From a virus (lineage: Duplodnaviria; Caudoviricetes): a stretch of 64,000 nt of DNA. Below the pieces are notes generated by a model. The model did not search any database, was not told where the DNA came from, and saw only the letters and a program-made list of their open reading frames with translations. The stretch spans positions 8,513 to 72,512 of IMG/VR virus record IMGVR_UViG_3300012347_000104; one strand, given 5' to 3'. Numbering within the stretch: position 1 is the first letter of the stretch; each line of letters starts with the position of its first letter. Positions 1-8,492 of the stretch are shown in pieces. A program made the translations under genes and the position numbers.

Positions 1-213
1 TACACAATCAACGGTGTATCGTTTGATGTTAGGACCTGAAACTAGTTCACCTAGCTCCCAGTTCTGAAATGCGTATAAGTCAGCTTCGTCTAATACACGC
101 TCAAAGTCGAGCAAGGTGCTCATAGAGCCGTCGCTAGTGTAGATGCCCTTGATTGTATCAATGATACTAGGGTAGTCGATGCTGTTGAAAAATTCGTCTG
201 AAGGATTGCTCAT
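1..213 (-). CDS. Hypothetical phage protein, N-terminal part (runs off window start)
   Basis: Hand-translated open frame MSNPSDEFFNSIDYPSIIDTIKGIYTSDGSMSTLLDFERVLDEADLYAFQNWELGELVSG..., ATG at 213, 7 nt after a TAAATA late-type motif (221-226). Not in ORF track. Confidence 0.75.
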   Translation of the reverse strand, partial: MSNPSDEFFNSIDYPSIIDTIKGIYTSDGSMSTLLDFERVLDEADLYAFQNWELGELVSGPNIKRYTVDCV

Positions 214-384
214 AGTCTAGTATTTATCATTCTTGCAATGATAACGAGCAATTAAGAAACTTTGGGGTTAGCTTAATATTTATGCTAAAACTTTGCGATA
301 AAAGTACGCTACTTGACGCACATCAATGTCCTTTAAATATTCATATGCTCTCATCAAGCATACCGCTCTACAAAGGAGATAATT

Positions 385-1176
385 TTGAGCAAACGCAAAA
401 CAGGTGCTTTACGCAATCAGGAACAGGATACACGCTATACGCAAAATTCTAAGAAAGACAAAAACGGACAAACATTTTATTCAAAAGAATCAAAGACAAT
501 TAACTTCGACCAAGCACGTGCGAAATTAGATAAACGACCAATCAATCTAATCCCAAAATCAGTAAACCAAGAGAAATACATTCTAGCATTAACTAACGAG
601 AACACAGACATTGTTGTTGTCGGTGGTCCTGCTGGTACAGGTAAGACTTATCTAGCTATGTTAGCTGCTATCAAAGCACTAAAAGCAGGTGAGACAGACC
701 GTATTATCTTATCTCGCCCCGCAATCGGAGTAGAAGAAGAACAACATGGCTTCTTGCCAGGTGACATCAACGCAAAGATGGAACCATGGACAAGACCGCT
801 AATGGATGTGTTGAGAGAGTATTATACAGCAGCGGAAATCGCCCACATGCTAGAAGAACAGATAGTGGAAATTGCACCCCTAGCATTCTGTCGAGGTCGA
901 AACTTTAAGAACAGCTGGATAATTTTAGATGAAGCTCAAAATGCAACACCTGGTCAACTCAAAATGATTATGACTAGAATCGGCGTTAACAGTAAGATTG
1001 TAATTACTGGTGACATTGAACAAGCCGATAGAAAAACAGCCGACAATGGGCTACTAGACTTACAAAATCGATTGGGGAAGGGGGTGATTCCAGGGTTGCA
1101 ACTATGTAACTTTGAACTGAAAGATGTTCAACGACATAGAATAATTGAGCACGTACTTCGCTTGTACGGTAATTAA
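385..1176 (+). CDS. phoH: PhoH-family ATPase
   Basis: Walker A GPAGTGKT, LSRPA, LGFLPG-like HGFLPGD, RGRNF, ILDEAQN, GDIEQAD motifs; TTG start with SD AAGGAG. Confidence 0.95.
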   Translation: MSKRKTGALRNQEQDTRYTQNSKKDKNGQTFYSKESKTINFDQARAKLDKRPINLIPKSVNQEKYILALTNENTDIVVVGGPAGTGKTYLAMLAAIKALKAGETDRIILSRPAIGVEEEQHGFLPGDINAKMEPWTRPLMDVLREYYTAAEIAHMLEEQIVEIAPLAFCRGRNFKNSWIILDEAQNATPGQLKMIMTRIGVNSKIVITGDIEQADRKTADNGLLDLQNRLGKGVIPGLQLCNFELKDVQRHRIIEHVLRLYGN

Positions 1177-1200
1177 AAAAGGGGCTTTAAGCCCCTTTTT
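1176..1200. terminator. Bidirectional intrinsic terminator
   Basis: AAAAAGGGGC-TTTAA-GCCCCTTTTT between convergent genes. Confidence 0.85.
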
Positions 1201-1460
1201 TATTCTGTAGCTGGAGCATTCTCTGCTTCTAGCTTTTCGATAATGTCTGCATAAACATTATGAAAGTAGTTTCGTAGTGAAACCCACTCTTGTGTGATAG
1301 TCTGTCCTTGAACAATACATTTCACAATCTTAGATTCTTTGAAATCCATAATGATATTTGCGGTTTGAATATCACTGTCACGAACTTTGTTTGATAGTTC
1401 AACTTGTTCGTCAATTTGACCGTTTGGTCGTCCGATATATGTAATTAATAGGTATCTCAT
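1200..1460 (-). CDS. Hypothetical protein
   Basis: 86-aa ORF, ATGA overlap with the clamp loader stop. Confidence 0.7.
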   Translation of the reverse strand: MRYLLITYIGRPNGQIDEQVELSNKVRDSDIQTANIIMDFKESKIVKCIVQGQTITQEWVSLRNYFHNVYADIIEKLEAENAPATE

Positions 1461-2383
1461 GCTGTTAGTTCAATCAATGTTGCTGCTAGGTTGATTTCAG
1501 GAATCCCCACTAGACTTAAATTTGCTAGACCATTACGAATAATGATAATACTAGCGTCTTTCTTATCTTGCGTCTTGCCCCACAAGTCTAAGTTTGTGTA
1601 CATCCAACGATATACGTCTTCAATACGACTTGGATACAAACTCAAATACTGCAAAAGTTGCTGACGACCGTCTTGCACCTTACCAGCTTTGAATAGTTGT
1701 GATGCTTCTACAAGCAATTCATCTTCACCTGTGCCTTGACTTGCAGGTGGTAACAATTTGCCTGTACTGCTATTTACTTGAAGTTGATTCAAGCACTTAC
1801 GTAAGTCGGGGTAACACACACCTACATAGCTATCAAGCACATCCAAGTCAAACTCGACACCCTCAGTTACTAGAACTGTGGCTGCACGAATAGTGTATTG
1901 TTCTTTATCTGGCTTAGCGATGTGAAACTTATGGCAACGACTCTCACGCAACGCAGGGATAACACGATGCTCGTAGTTACAAGTTAAGATAAAACGTGCA
2001 GTGCTAGAGTATGCTTCCATATCGTTACGCAATGCAGCTTGACCTGCGGGACTTAGATAGTCAGCCTCGTCAAGTAAAACAATCTTGAACTTACCGAAGG
2101 GCATAGTCTCAACAAAGCCTGCAATCTTAGAACGGACAACGTCAACACTGTTCTCACGTGATGCGTTAATTTCCATCACATCATAATCATCTACGCCAAG
2201 TTCTTTAATAAGAACTTTAGCAAGAGTAGTCTTACCGGTACCCGGGTCACCTGACAATAACAAGTGGGGAATCTCACCTTGTTTAATCCAACCCTCTACT
2301 TGTTCCTTCTGACGTTCATCAACGAACACATAGTCGGATACGTTATTAGGACGATACTTCTCTACCCACAAATTGTTTTTCAT
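1457..2383 (-). CDS. gp44: Clamp loader AAA+ subunit (T4 gp44 / RFC small subunit family)
   Basis: WVEKYRP, GDPGTGKTT, EINASRE, LLDEADYL, SRC-like ESRC motifs. Confidence 0.93.
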   Translation of the reverse strand: MKNNLWVEKYRPNNVSDYVFVDERQKEQVEGWIKQGEIPHLLLSGDPGTGKTTLAKVLIKELGVDDYDVMEINASRENSVDVVRSKIAGFVETMPFGKFKIVLLDEADYLSPAGQAALRNDMEAYSSTARFILTCNYEHRVIPALRESRCHKFHIAKPDKEQYTIRAATVLVTEGVEFDLDVLDSYVGVCYPDLRKCLNQLQVNSSTGKLLPPASQGTGEDELLVEASQLFKAGKVQDGRQQLLQYLSLYPSRIEDVYRWMYTNLDLWGKTQDKKDASIIIIRNGLANLSLVGIPEINLAATLIELTA

Positions 2384-2730
2384 CGCTTCAATGCTTCCAA
2401 TGTCATAATTTTACTAAGTGCATCACCCAAATCAGCATCACTTGGGATTAAGTGAAGTGCTTGAGTGTTACGGTCTGTTTTCTCATCGTAATAAGAGTAC
2501 TCTACAATGTGTCCACCTGTTGCTGGATACAATCTAAAGACTAGTGGAGACTGATTCAAGTTAACATGATGCCCGTCAGACGACATATCAGCTTTTGCAA
2601 GCCCAACTCTCAATTTAGGACCTCTAGGTCTAGCAACCATACCTGCTTGATTAGAGAAGGTAATTTCTTCACGATCCTTTGCCTCAACTTTTTGTAGACC
2701 GTTGTATAACCAATTAAAAAACCATTTCAT
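2380..2730 (-). CDS. Hypothetical protein
   Basis: 116-aa ORF coupled by ATGA overlaps on both sides. Confidence 0.7.
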   Translation of the reverse strand: MKWFFNWLYNGLQKVEAKDREEITFSNQAGMVARPRGPKLRVGLAKADMSSDGHHVNLNQSPLVFRLYPATGGHIVEYSYYDEKTDRNTQALHLIPSDADLGDALSKIMTLEALKR

Positions 2731-3101
2731 CCTGATACCTTATCACTAAAAGTTTCGTCATTCATTAATTCATCACTAACCATGAGTATATCATTATTAT
2801 CAACACGGCGTATAGTTTTGGTGCCCGTTTCGTCTTCGATTTCAATACCGCGTGACCAACGTCCGTGACTGACTAGAATGTATTGTCCTTCTTTCAAGTC
2901 ACCTTTGTACTCTGCACCCACTTTGTAAATCTGACACCAACGTGGACGAATGCCTTCGCTTCTACGATTATCATTTGGAATGATGATACCACCTTGAGTA
3001 ATACGTTCTTCAAAGTTCATGCTATTCACAAAGATATGGTCACGGATAGGTTTGAACTGTGACTTATTGAACTTATGCGGTTCAAATGCTAGTTTGCTCA
3101 C
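2727..3101 (-). CDS. groES: Co-chaperonin GroES (Cpn10) family
   Basis: FKPIRDHIFV, mobile loop TQGGIIIP, V-x-x-VG, LKEGQYIL, final ND-I-L-M-V strand match the Cpn10 pattern. Confidence 0.85.
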   Translation of the reverse strand: MSKLAFEPHKFNKSQFKPIRDHIFVNSMNFEERITQGGIIIPNDNRRSEGIRPRWCQIYKVGAEYKGDLKEGQYILVSHGRWSRGIEIEDETGTKTIRRVDNNDILMVSDELMNDETFSDKVSG

Positions 3102-3424
3102 TTTTTAACTTCCTCGTCATCTGCATCATCAAACAATTCTGCTTCTTCGTTAGACAATTCAATTGGTTCCGGTGTCTCATCGACTTCAATAGTAGGCTTG
3201 GGTGCTACTTGTTGAGGGGCTTGAGTCTGATGTCCGGGCGTAACTGTGTTGCGATAGACGTTTTTTACTCGGTTCGTATTATCTCTAACAACATTATTGT
3301 TGTTGTCCAATATGTCACCTCGAGCATTGACGTTCATATTTCCCACAGCTCGAACTTTTTCGTTCCTCGCTGCGAGAGTTGCCATATCAATTGTTCTACC
3401 TTGTGCGGTTCTTTGTCCTGCCAT
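3098..3424 (-). CDS. Hypothetical protein
   Basis: 108-aa ORF with SD AGGAG and acidic C-terminus. Confidence 0.75.
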   Translation of the reverse strand: MAGQRTAQGRTIDMATLAARNEKVRAVGNMNVNARGDILDNNNNVVRDNTNRVKNVYRNTVTPGHQTQAPQQVAPKPTIEVDETPEPIELSNEEAELFDDADDEEVKK

Positions 3425-3433
3425 TTTGTTCTC

Positions 3434-3940
3434 CTATTTTAAAAACTCGTCAATCGACAAGTCGTAATGCAAGCTATTTATACGGTGTACCCCTATTAGA
3501 TACAATACGTAGCTTGACACACTACTACCACGACCTACTCCCCAAACAATATTATTCTTACGCATTGTATCAACTAGATACTTGCAATAACATAGTAACG
3601 GGAATAACTCTTTTTCCTGATACAGTATTAGTTCTTGACCAACTCTCTGTAATTCAAAATCTTCTTTGCACTTCCCCAGTACCCACTGAGCGATATCTAA
3701 CGTTCGATACTCATTTGGCATATACCAATTGTCCTGAGATTCAGCGTCATACTGAGCAGTAGATATATCGGACAGTAAGTTAGCAACTATACTAGGAGCA
3801 TTTTCAAGTTCAAGCACCGATGGTAAAGTAATTGCGGAATCAACTAACGCATTTTTTATAATTACATCAGGGTTTTTTAGGTAGGCATCACACAGGTCAT
3901 TTTCTGTGAGAACTTGCCTACTAAACTTATCGGTGTGCAT
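3434..3940 (-). CDS. dnaE: DNA polymerase III alpha (DnaE)-like fragment A, N-terminal palm half
   Basis: RVGQELILY...LVDTMRKNNIVWGVGRGSSVSSYVLYLIGVHRINSLHYDLSIDEFLK aligns by eye with DnaE RLETELQVI...[35 protein letters not shown]. It stops just before the PDFDVDF motif. Confidence 0.85.
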   Translation of the reverse strand: MHTDKFSRQVLTENDLCDAYLKNPDVIIKNALVDSAITLPSVLELENAPSIVANLLSDISTAQYDAESQDNWYMPNEYRTLDIAQWVLGKCKEDFELQRVGQELILYQEKELFPLLCYCKYLVDTMRKNNIVWGVGRGSSVSSYVLYLIGVHRINSLHYDLSIDEFLK

Positions 3941-3946
3941 AGATTG

Positions 3947-3975
3947 ATTATAACAATCTTACAACAAAAAAGCAA
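3947..3975 (-). promoter_or_regulatory. Sigma70-type promoter for dnaE fragment A
   Basis: TTGCTT-N17-TATAAT, ATG 6 nt after the -10 element. Confidence 0.75.
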
Positions 3976-3978
3976 ATC

Positions 3979-4578
3979 TTATTTGTCCGTTTTCTCGAAG
4001 GTAGCAAAAACTACCTCACTTGCTGTTGTCTTTTTGGGTGTGCTTTCCCAAGCAAGGTCAAATTCTTCCCAATCTAACACTGCTTTTGATAGTTTTACCA
4101 CTTTTTTGTTTTTGGGCTTGATACTATTGATAGTGGGAGCAACGTCATGCCACCAACCTTTAAGCAAAAAGGGTCCACTATTATCTTCAATAGAGTAGAA
4201 GCAAATAACACCATCACTCATGCGGCTAGTAATTGAAATATCAGTTGCAACTAGTCTACCTTCTGCGATTGAATTCATCTTATGCAAAAGCATGATACCT
4301 ATGATTTGGTCATATGGTTGTTCAGGTAGAGTGCATACCTTCAGCCCAATTTGAGAAAACTTCTCAATGGCGTCTAGTTCATCTTCAGGTACAAATATGC
4401 TATTCTGTAAACAGTATTCCAAATAGAACTTGATTCGTTCTAGTGCAATATTTTGTTCCTCAATCGATTCAGTATCAATGTTAAAGGTAACATCAAACTC
4501 ATATTGATTGACAATGAATTCATTTTCAAAATGAACACACGCTAACAAATCGAAACCGCGTTGTACTCTTGCTGACAT
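3979..4578 (-). CDS. Hypothetical protein (possible degenerate T-fold)
   Basis: 199-aa ORF; weak resemblance to QueD secondary-structure pattern without His ligands. Confidence 0.7.
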   Translation of the reverse strand: MSARVQRGFDLLACVHFENEFIVNQYEFDVTFNIDTESIEEQNIALERIKFYLEYCLQNSIFVPEDELDAIEKFSQIGLKVCTLPEQPYDQIIGIMLLHKMNSIAEGRLVATDISITSRMSDGVICFYSIEDNSGPFLLKGWWHDVAPTINSIKPKNKKVVKLSKAVLDWEEFDLAWESTPKKTTASEVVFATFEKTDK

Positions 4579-4580
4579 AA

Positions 4581-4814
4581 TTAACCTTTTGACGAAATGT
4601 TGATTGAGTTTTGTACATTTTGCTTTTTGTACAGTGCATCTAACCGTGCGGCTATCTCAACTTGGTAGCTTTCGATAACCATTCGAATTTGGGTGATTAG
4701 TGGGGTGTTTCCGGTTCTGAATGCGAAATTCAGTTTACCGTTTAAATCGGTAACCGTTTTTTGTAAATCTTCTAAAGACTTACTATCTAGGTCTGATACG
4801 AAGGGATGTTGCAT
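4581..4814 (-). CDS. Hypothetical coiled-coil protein
   Basis: 77-aa ORF in the minus-strand gene run. Confidence 0.7.
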   Translation of the reverse strand: MQHPFVSDLDSKSLEDLQKTVTDLNGKLNFAFRTGNTPLITQIRMVIESYQVEIAARLDALYKKQNVQNSINISSKG

Positions 4815-4846
4815 GAAGATATTTAATACATCTTCATGCTATCAAA

Positions 4847-5668
4847 TTAAAATGTTGATAATGTAGTACGTTTCCAAATAGCAGTCGAGCCATCATATGT
4901 TCCGGTACAGATATAGAAATATGTACCATCTGTGCAAATGTGTCCCAATCTGTCGCCTTGCAAGCCTGTACGAGAAGGCTGACGGACTTCGATAGTACTA
5001 GCAGTTGTGCTACGATTTGTGGGCATAACGTCAATCGTTGTTCCGCAATCTACTGAGGTAACTGTTAGATTAATCTCAGATACTCCATTGGGGATAGTGA
5101 ATCCATTTGTATACTGAAAGGGCTGACTGTCTTCCGGTACGTGAGGGTATCCGTTCGAAACGTAATTCTCTAGAATGCGAATCGACTTGCTTGGACCTGC
5201 TGTGATAACTCCCTGTGAGTCTACCGAAGTAGTTGGGAAAATAACATTAGCTGTAGCTGCCGAAGCATCAATTTTTAAACGTAGCTTAACTTGTGCCTCT
5301 GTTCCTGCAGGCGCCCATTTGCTAAAATCAAACTGCACGTCACCTGTAACGGTTCCGTACTGTACATCACCTTTTGTAGTGTCGATAACAATTTGCCCAG
5401 TTAAGTTGCTTCCGATGTTGAATGTGCTCGCTCTGAACGTTTTAGTAACAGCATTACTGATAATAGTGTTTGCCATATCATTGTTTAATGCTGCGCCGGT
5501 CAATGCTGACTTTACTACAACTTTAGATTGCAAGTCGTTTAACTCAGATTTAGTGGTATCTAGCGCCAACTTAATGTTTGAAAAGTTGTCTCTGAAGCCT
5601 TGAGTACTGTTGTTGACACCAGGTGTTGGGAAAGTGGTGCTGATTGAATTTGTGTTAATATTGCTCAT
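4847..5668 (-). CDS. Putative virion structural protein (fibre/baseplate-associated)
   Basis: N-terminal FPTPGVNNSTQGFRDNF followed by a coiled coil; C-terminal DGTYFYICTG...WKRTTL fibre-type motif; TAAATA upstream. Confidence 0.65.
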   Translation of the reverse strand: MSNINTNSISTTFPTPGVNNSTQGFRDNFSNIKLALDTTKSELNDLQSKVVVKSALTGAALNNDMANTIISNAVTKTFRASTFNIGSNLTGQIVIDTTKGDVQYGTVTGDVQFDFSKWAPAGTEAQVKLRLKIDASAATANVIFPTTSVDSQGVITAGPSKSIRILENYVSNGYPHVPEDSQPFQYTNGFTIPNGVSEINLTVTSVDCGTTIDVMPTNRSTTASTIEVRQPSRTGLQGDRLGHICTDGTYFYICTGTYDGSTAIWKRTTLSTF

Positions 5669-5697
5669 GTGTTTGTTCCGATTACATATTTATATGC

Positions 5698-7848
5698 TTA
5701 TATCTTGGGTAAAATTGTTTCTCTGTTGAATAGAACAACATCATCATATTGTTCCAACGATTCTGGTGCAGGAGAAGCACTAGGTAAATTACCCCAGACT
5801 GGTCTAGTCAGTGTAGTGTTCCAGTTGAACGTAGCACTTCTGTCTACGATGAATCTGTCTATTTCAAAATCAATATCACTAAGTTCGAATGCCCAATAAT
5901 TTTCAATATTAGACCTGACTGTCTCGGACTTTCCCGGTAACGTGTAGCATAGAACCCAAGCCTCAACATATCCCAAAGTGTTACCATCATGTTGCTGACT
6001 AGTCATCCATTTTGGAAGTAAACTTTGGTCATAGTCATATTCTAAGTTTTGTTCGATTTCTTTGCGCATGTTCTCTAAACTCACTGGGTTTAGTAATTTT
6101 ACATAACCCGGTGAGAAACTAGTGTGAGCTCCAGTAGACGATGTGAACTTATCTGTTCTACTATCATACCAATCACCGTAACGTAGACCAATATCTTGCG
6201 GCCATGCAATACTCATAGGAACGCTTTGACCTTCAGCATTAGTTGCCGGATCAATAAGCGGAGCATATACTACTTCATATAAAACATTGTTGTTCTCATC
6301 TCTTGCAATAGCAGTTCTTAGTCTATCAAAGATGAATTTTTGACGATAGTGATTGTTGGGTATTGCGTTGAGGTATGATAGTGTGCTAGTTGCTACCACT
6401 CCATATTGGTGAACGATTCTAACATCAGCAGCCTTACCAAAATAAGGATCATTAGGTCTATACAAATACTCAGCAGGAATCAATGACTCGCTATTCAATA
6501 GTGATTTGATTATCTGTCTTCCTAATATGTTAGGGGCAGCTTTAAAATATAAAGTTTCTACTGGGCTTTCGAATCGTTGAAGAATATTCAACGTGAATGT
6601 TTGCACATTGCTAATCAGTGCATAACCAGACGAGTTTGCAGTTACTTCAAACGTAAAGGTAGAGACGTAATTCTTATCTCTGATAGTCTTTTCAGGTTGG
6701 AAGGGGAATCTACCAACTAACTCACCTGATTGTGTTAACGAGATATTAGGTGGGAGTTTGCCTCCAGTGACTGCATAAGAAAGAGGGGTAGGTGACACCG
6801 CTTCTAATTTGATGTCACATATAGTACCGTTATTATATGTGCCTAGATTCTTAGGGGATTTCCAAACAATTTCTTTCTCGTCATTATTTCTAATGTCAAT
6901 AAAGAATGTTTCAGCATCACTTCTAAAAGAAGGATCTGCTGTTTTGAAAACAACGACAGATATCTCAAAACGTTCTATAGTACCCTCAGTAACTTCAGGT
7001 ACGCCGGAGATCCAACCTGTAGTGGTATCTCCTAGTAAGCCCTTCGGTAAAGAAGAAAAGTTATACTCAATCTGGTCTCTATCAAAGTCATAACCCATTA
7101 CCTTGAAAGAAAAATACTTTCCAGAGTCAATGATAGGTAAAGTATTACTAACTAATGTATAGTACCCTAAGAATGGATCAGACTTGTCTAATGGCAATTG
7201 TAACGGCTTGCTGTTCAATATCGCAGGGCTTCGCTTAACTGCAATTGATGTTAGTTGTTTATTTGTAATCTTAATAGAATACGGTTTTGAATCAGAACCC
7301 AAGTCAGAAGACGCAGTGATACTAAAAGAGAATTCACGTTCAGTAGGAGAACCATCTAGTAACACAGGTGGCTTTGCCCAACCAGATATAGAACCATCAA
7401 CACTCAAAAATAATCCAGGAGGAAGTTTCCCAGCAGAAATTCTAAAAAATACTTTGTTTGTTGTAACTGGATTAATCAACGGTATCTGATAGAATACATA
7501 TTCACTATCTTGAATATCGAATAGTTTGGTATTAGGAGCTGACAACTGTACACCGACATATGCTGAAATAGTAATTGAAAAGGTTCCATCCTTGATGTTA
7601 CCATATTCATCTGTCACACGTACTGTAAATGTGTGTAGCTTTGAGATTCCGGCGTTGGTTAACGTACCTGAAATTCTACCATCGGATGATAACGAGATAT
7701 CACCCTCAGGTAAAGAACCGTTAAGTAAAGAATATGTCAGTGAATTAGCGATGCCGGTTGGTGTGGCTTCCAACTTTATGTTTAATGGAATATTAGAAGG
7801 ATGAAACCCTAGATTCCCCGGCAACGTTTTCCAAGATGGTTGAGACAT
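5698..7848 (-). CDS. Virion protein with about four putative Ig (He_PIG-like) repeats, probable baseplate component
   Basis: Repeats YSLLNGSLPEG..LSSDGRISG, FRISAGKLPPGLFLSVDGSISG, SSLPKGL...TGWISGVP, YAVTGGKLPPNISLTQSGELVG. Confidence 0.75.
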   Translation of the reverse strand: MSQPSWKTLPGNLGFHPSNIPLNIKLEATPTGIANSLTYSLLNGSLPEGDISLSSDGRISGTLTNAGISKLHTFTVRVTDEYGNIKDGTFSITISAYVGVQLSAPNTKLFDIQDSEYVFYQIPLINPVTTNKVFFRISAGKLPPGLFLSVDGSISGWAKPPVLLDGSPTEREFSFSITASSDLGSDSKPYSIKITNKQLTSIAVKRSPAILNSKPLQLPLDKSDPFLGYYTLVSNTLPIIDSGKYFSFKVMGYDFDRDQIEYNFSSLPKGLLGDTTTGWISGVPEVTEGTIERFEISVVVFKTADPSFRSDAETFFIDIRNNDEKEIVWKSPKNLGTYNNGTICDIKLEAVSPTPLSYAVTGGKLPPNISLTQSGELVGRFPFQPEKTIRDKNYVSTFTFEVTANSSGYALISNVQTFTLNILQRFESPVETLYFKAAPNILGRQIIKSLLNSESLIPAEYLYRPNDPYFGKAADVRIVHQYGVVATSTLSYLNAIPNNHYRQKFIFDRLRTAIARDENNNVLYEVVYAPLIDPATNAEGQSVPMSIAWPQDIGLRYGDWYDSRTDKFTSSTGAHTSFSPGYVKLLNPVSLENMRKEIEQNLEYDYDQSLLPKWMTSQQHDGNTLGYVEAWVLCYTLPGKSETVRSNIENYWAFELSDIDFEIDRFIVDRSATFNWNTTLTRPVWGNLPSASPAPESLEQYDDVVLFNRETILPKI

Positions 7849-7850
7849 GA

Positions 7851-8480
7851 TTACCCTTGGTGTTGTAGCAAGTCTAATACTAAGTGGTAGTGATGTTGTC
7901 TATCTTCTAACCCAATTGTTCCGCCGTTGATTCTCTTTGTCAATGTAACAAAGTCATCACTGTCGCAGTATTGATTTAAGTTGTTATTATCCCAGAACCA
8001 ACCAGCTGAACTTACTGCACCCTGAGGTGTTTCTAGATAAGCTACTGTTTCTTCGATACTGATACCTAAGTCTGCGGCAAACTTTGTGTAGTTAGCACGA
8101 CCGGTTAATTGAATAAGCCCTCTGCCACAGAAACGAAAACCATCACCTGATCCTTCGTCACCATTAGCCATACGATTAGCGTAAACACGATTAGCAATTT
8201 TTTCAGGTTTTCTTTCATACTCTTTTGCTATCCCTTCATTAGGAAAATACTTTTTAAATGTAGTCATTAAACCTTTTGCACCGTAACTCAAATTCTCTTT
8301 CACGAAATTGAAGCCACCTGACTCATGTGCAACTTGTGCTAAAAATCCTGCCACTCTGCGAGGATTGTCGTACATGTCATAGTATTCTGCTACTTCATGT
8401 AATGGTTCTGCATATAATGCTAGAACGCTCTCTTTTGTTTTTGGGCATAAAGCCTTCAATAGTTCTAATGTTACTTTCAT
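7851..8480 (-). CDS. Glycoside hydrolase family 19 lysozyme/chitinase (endolysin or tail lysin)
   Basis: FLAQVAHESGGF..ENL, GDGFRFCGRGLIQLTGRANY, SAGWFW, TKRINGG..GLEDR. Confidence 0.93.
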   Translation of the reverse strand: MKVTLELLKALCPKTKESVLALYAEPLHEVAEYYDMYDNPRRVAGFLAQVAHESGGFNFVKENLSYGAKGLMTTFKKYFPNEGIAKEYERKPEKIANRVYANRMANGDEGSGDGFRFCGRGLIQLTGRANYTKFAADLGISIEETVAYLETPQGAVSSAGWFWDNNNLNQYCDSDDFVTLTKRINGGTIGLEDRQHHYHLVLDLLQHQG

Positions 8481-8492
8481 TTTTTGTTTCCT

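Noticed and set aside
234-384. Pho box upstream of phoH
   Set aside because: No tandem CTGTCAT-like 11-bp repeats are visible; only a TAAATA motif and an SD.
3434-3940. Split-intein (trans-spliced) DnaE as in cyanobacteria
   Set aside because: Fragment A ends FLK* and fragment B starts MKFQSD, with no N- or C-intein sequence. The split is in the palm, not at the cyanobacterial site.
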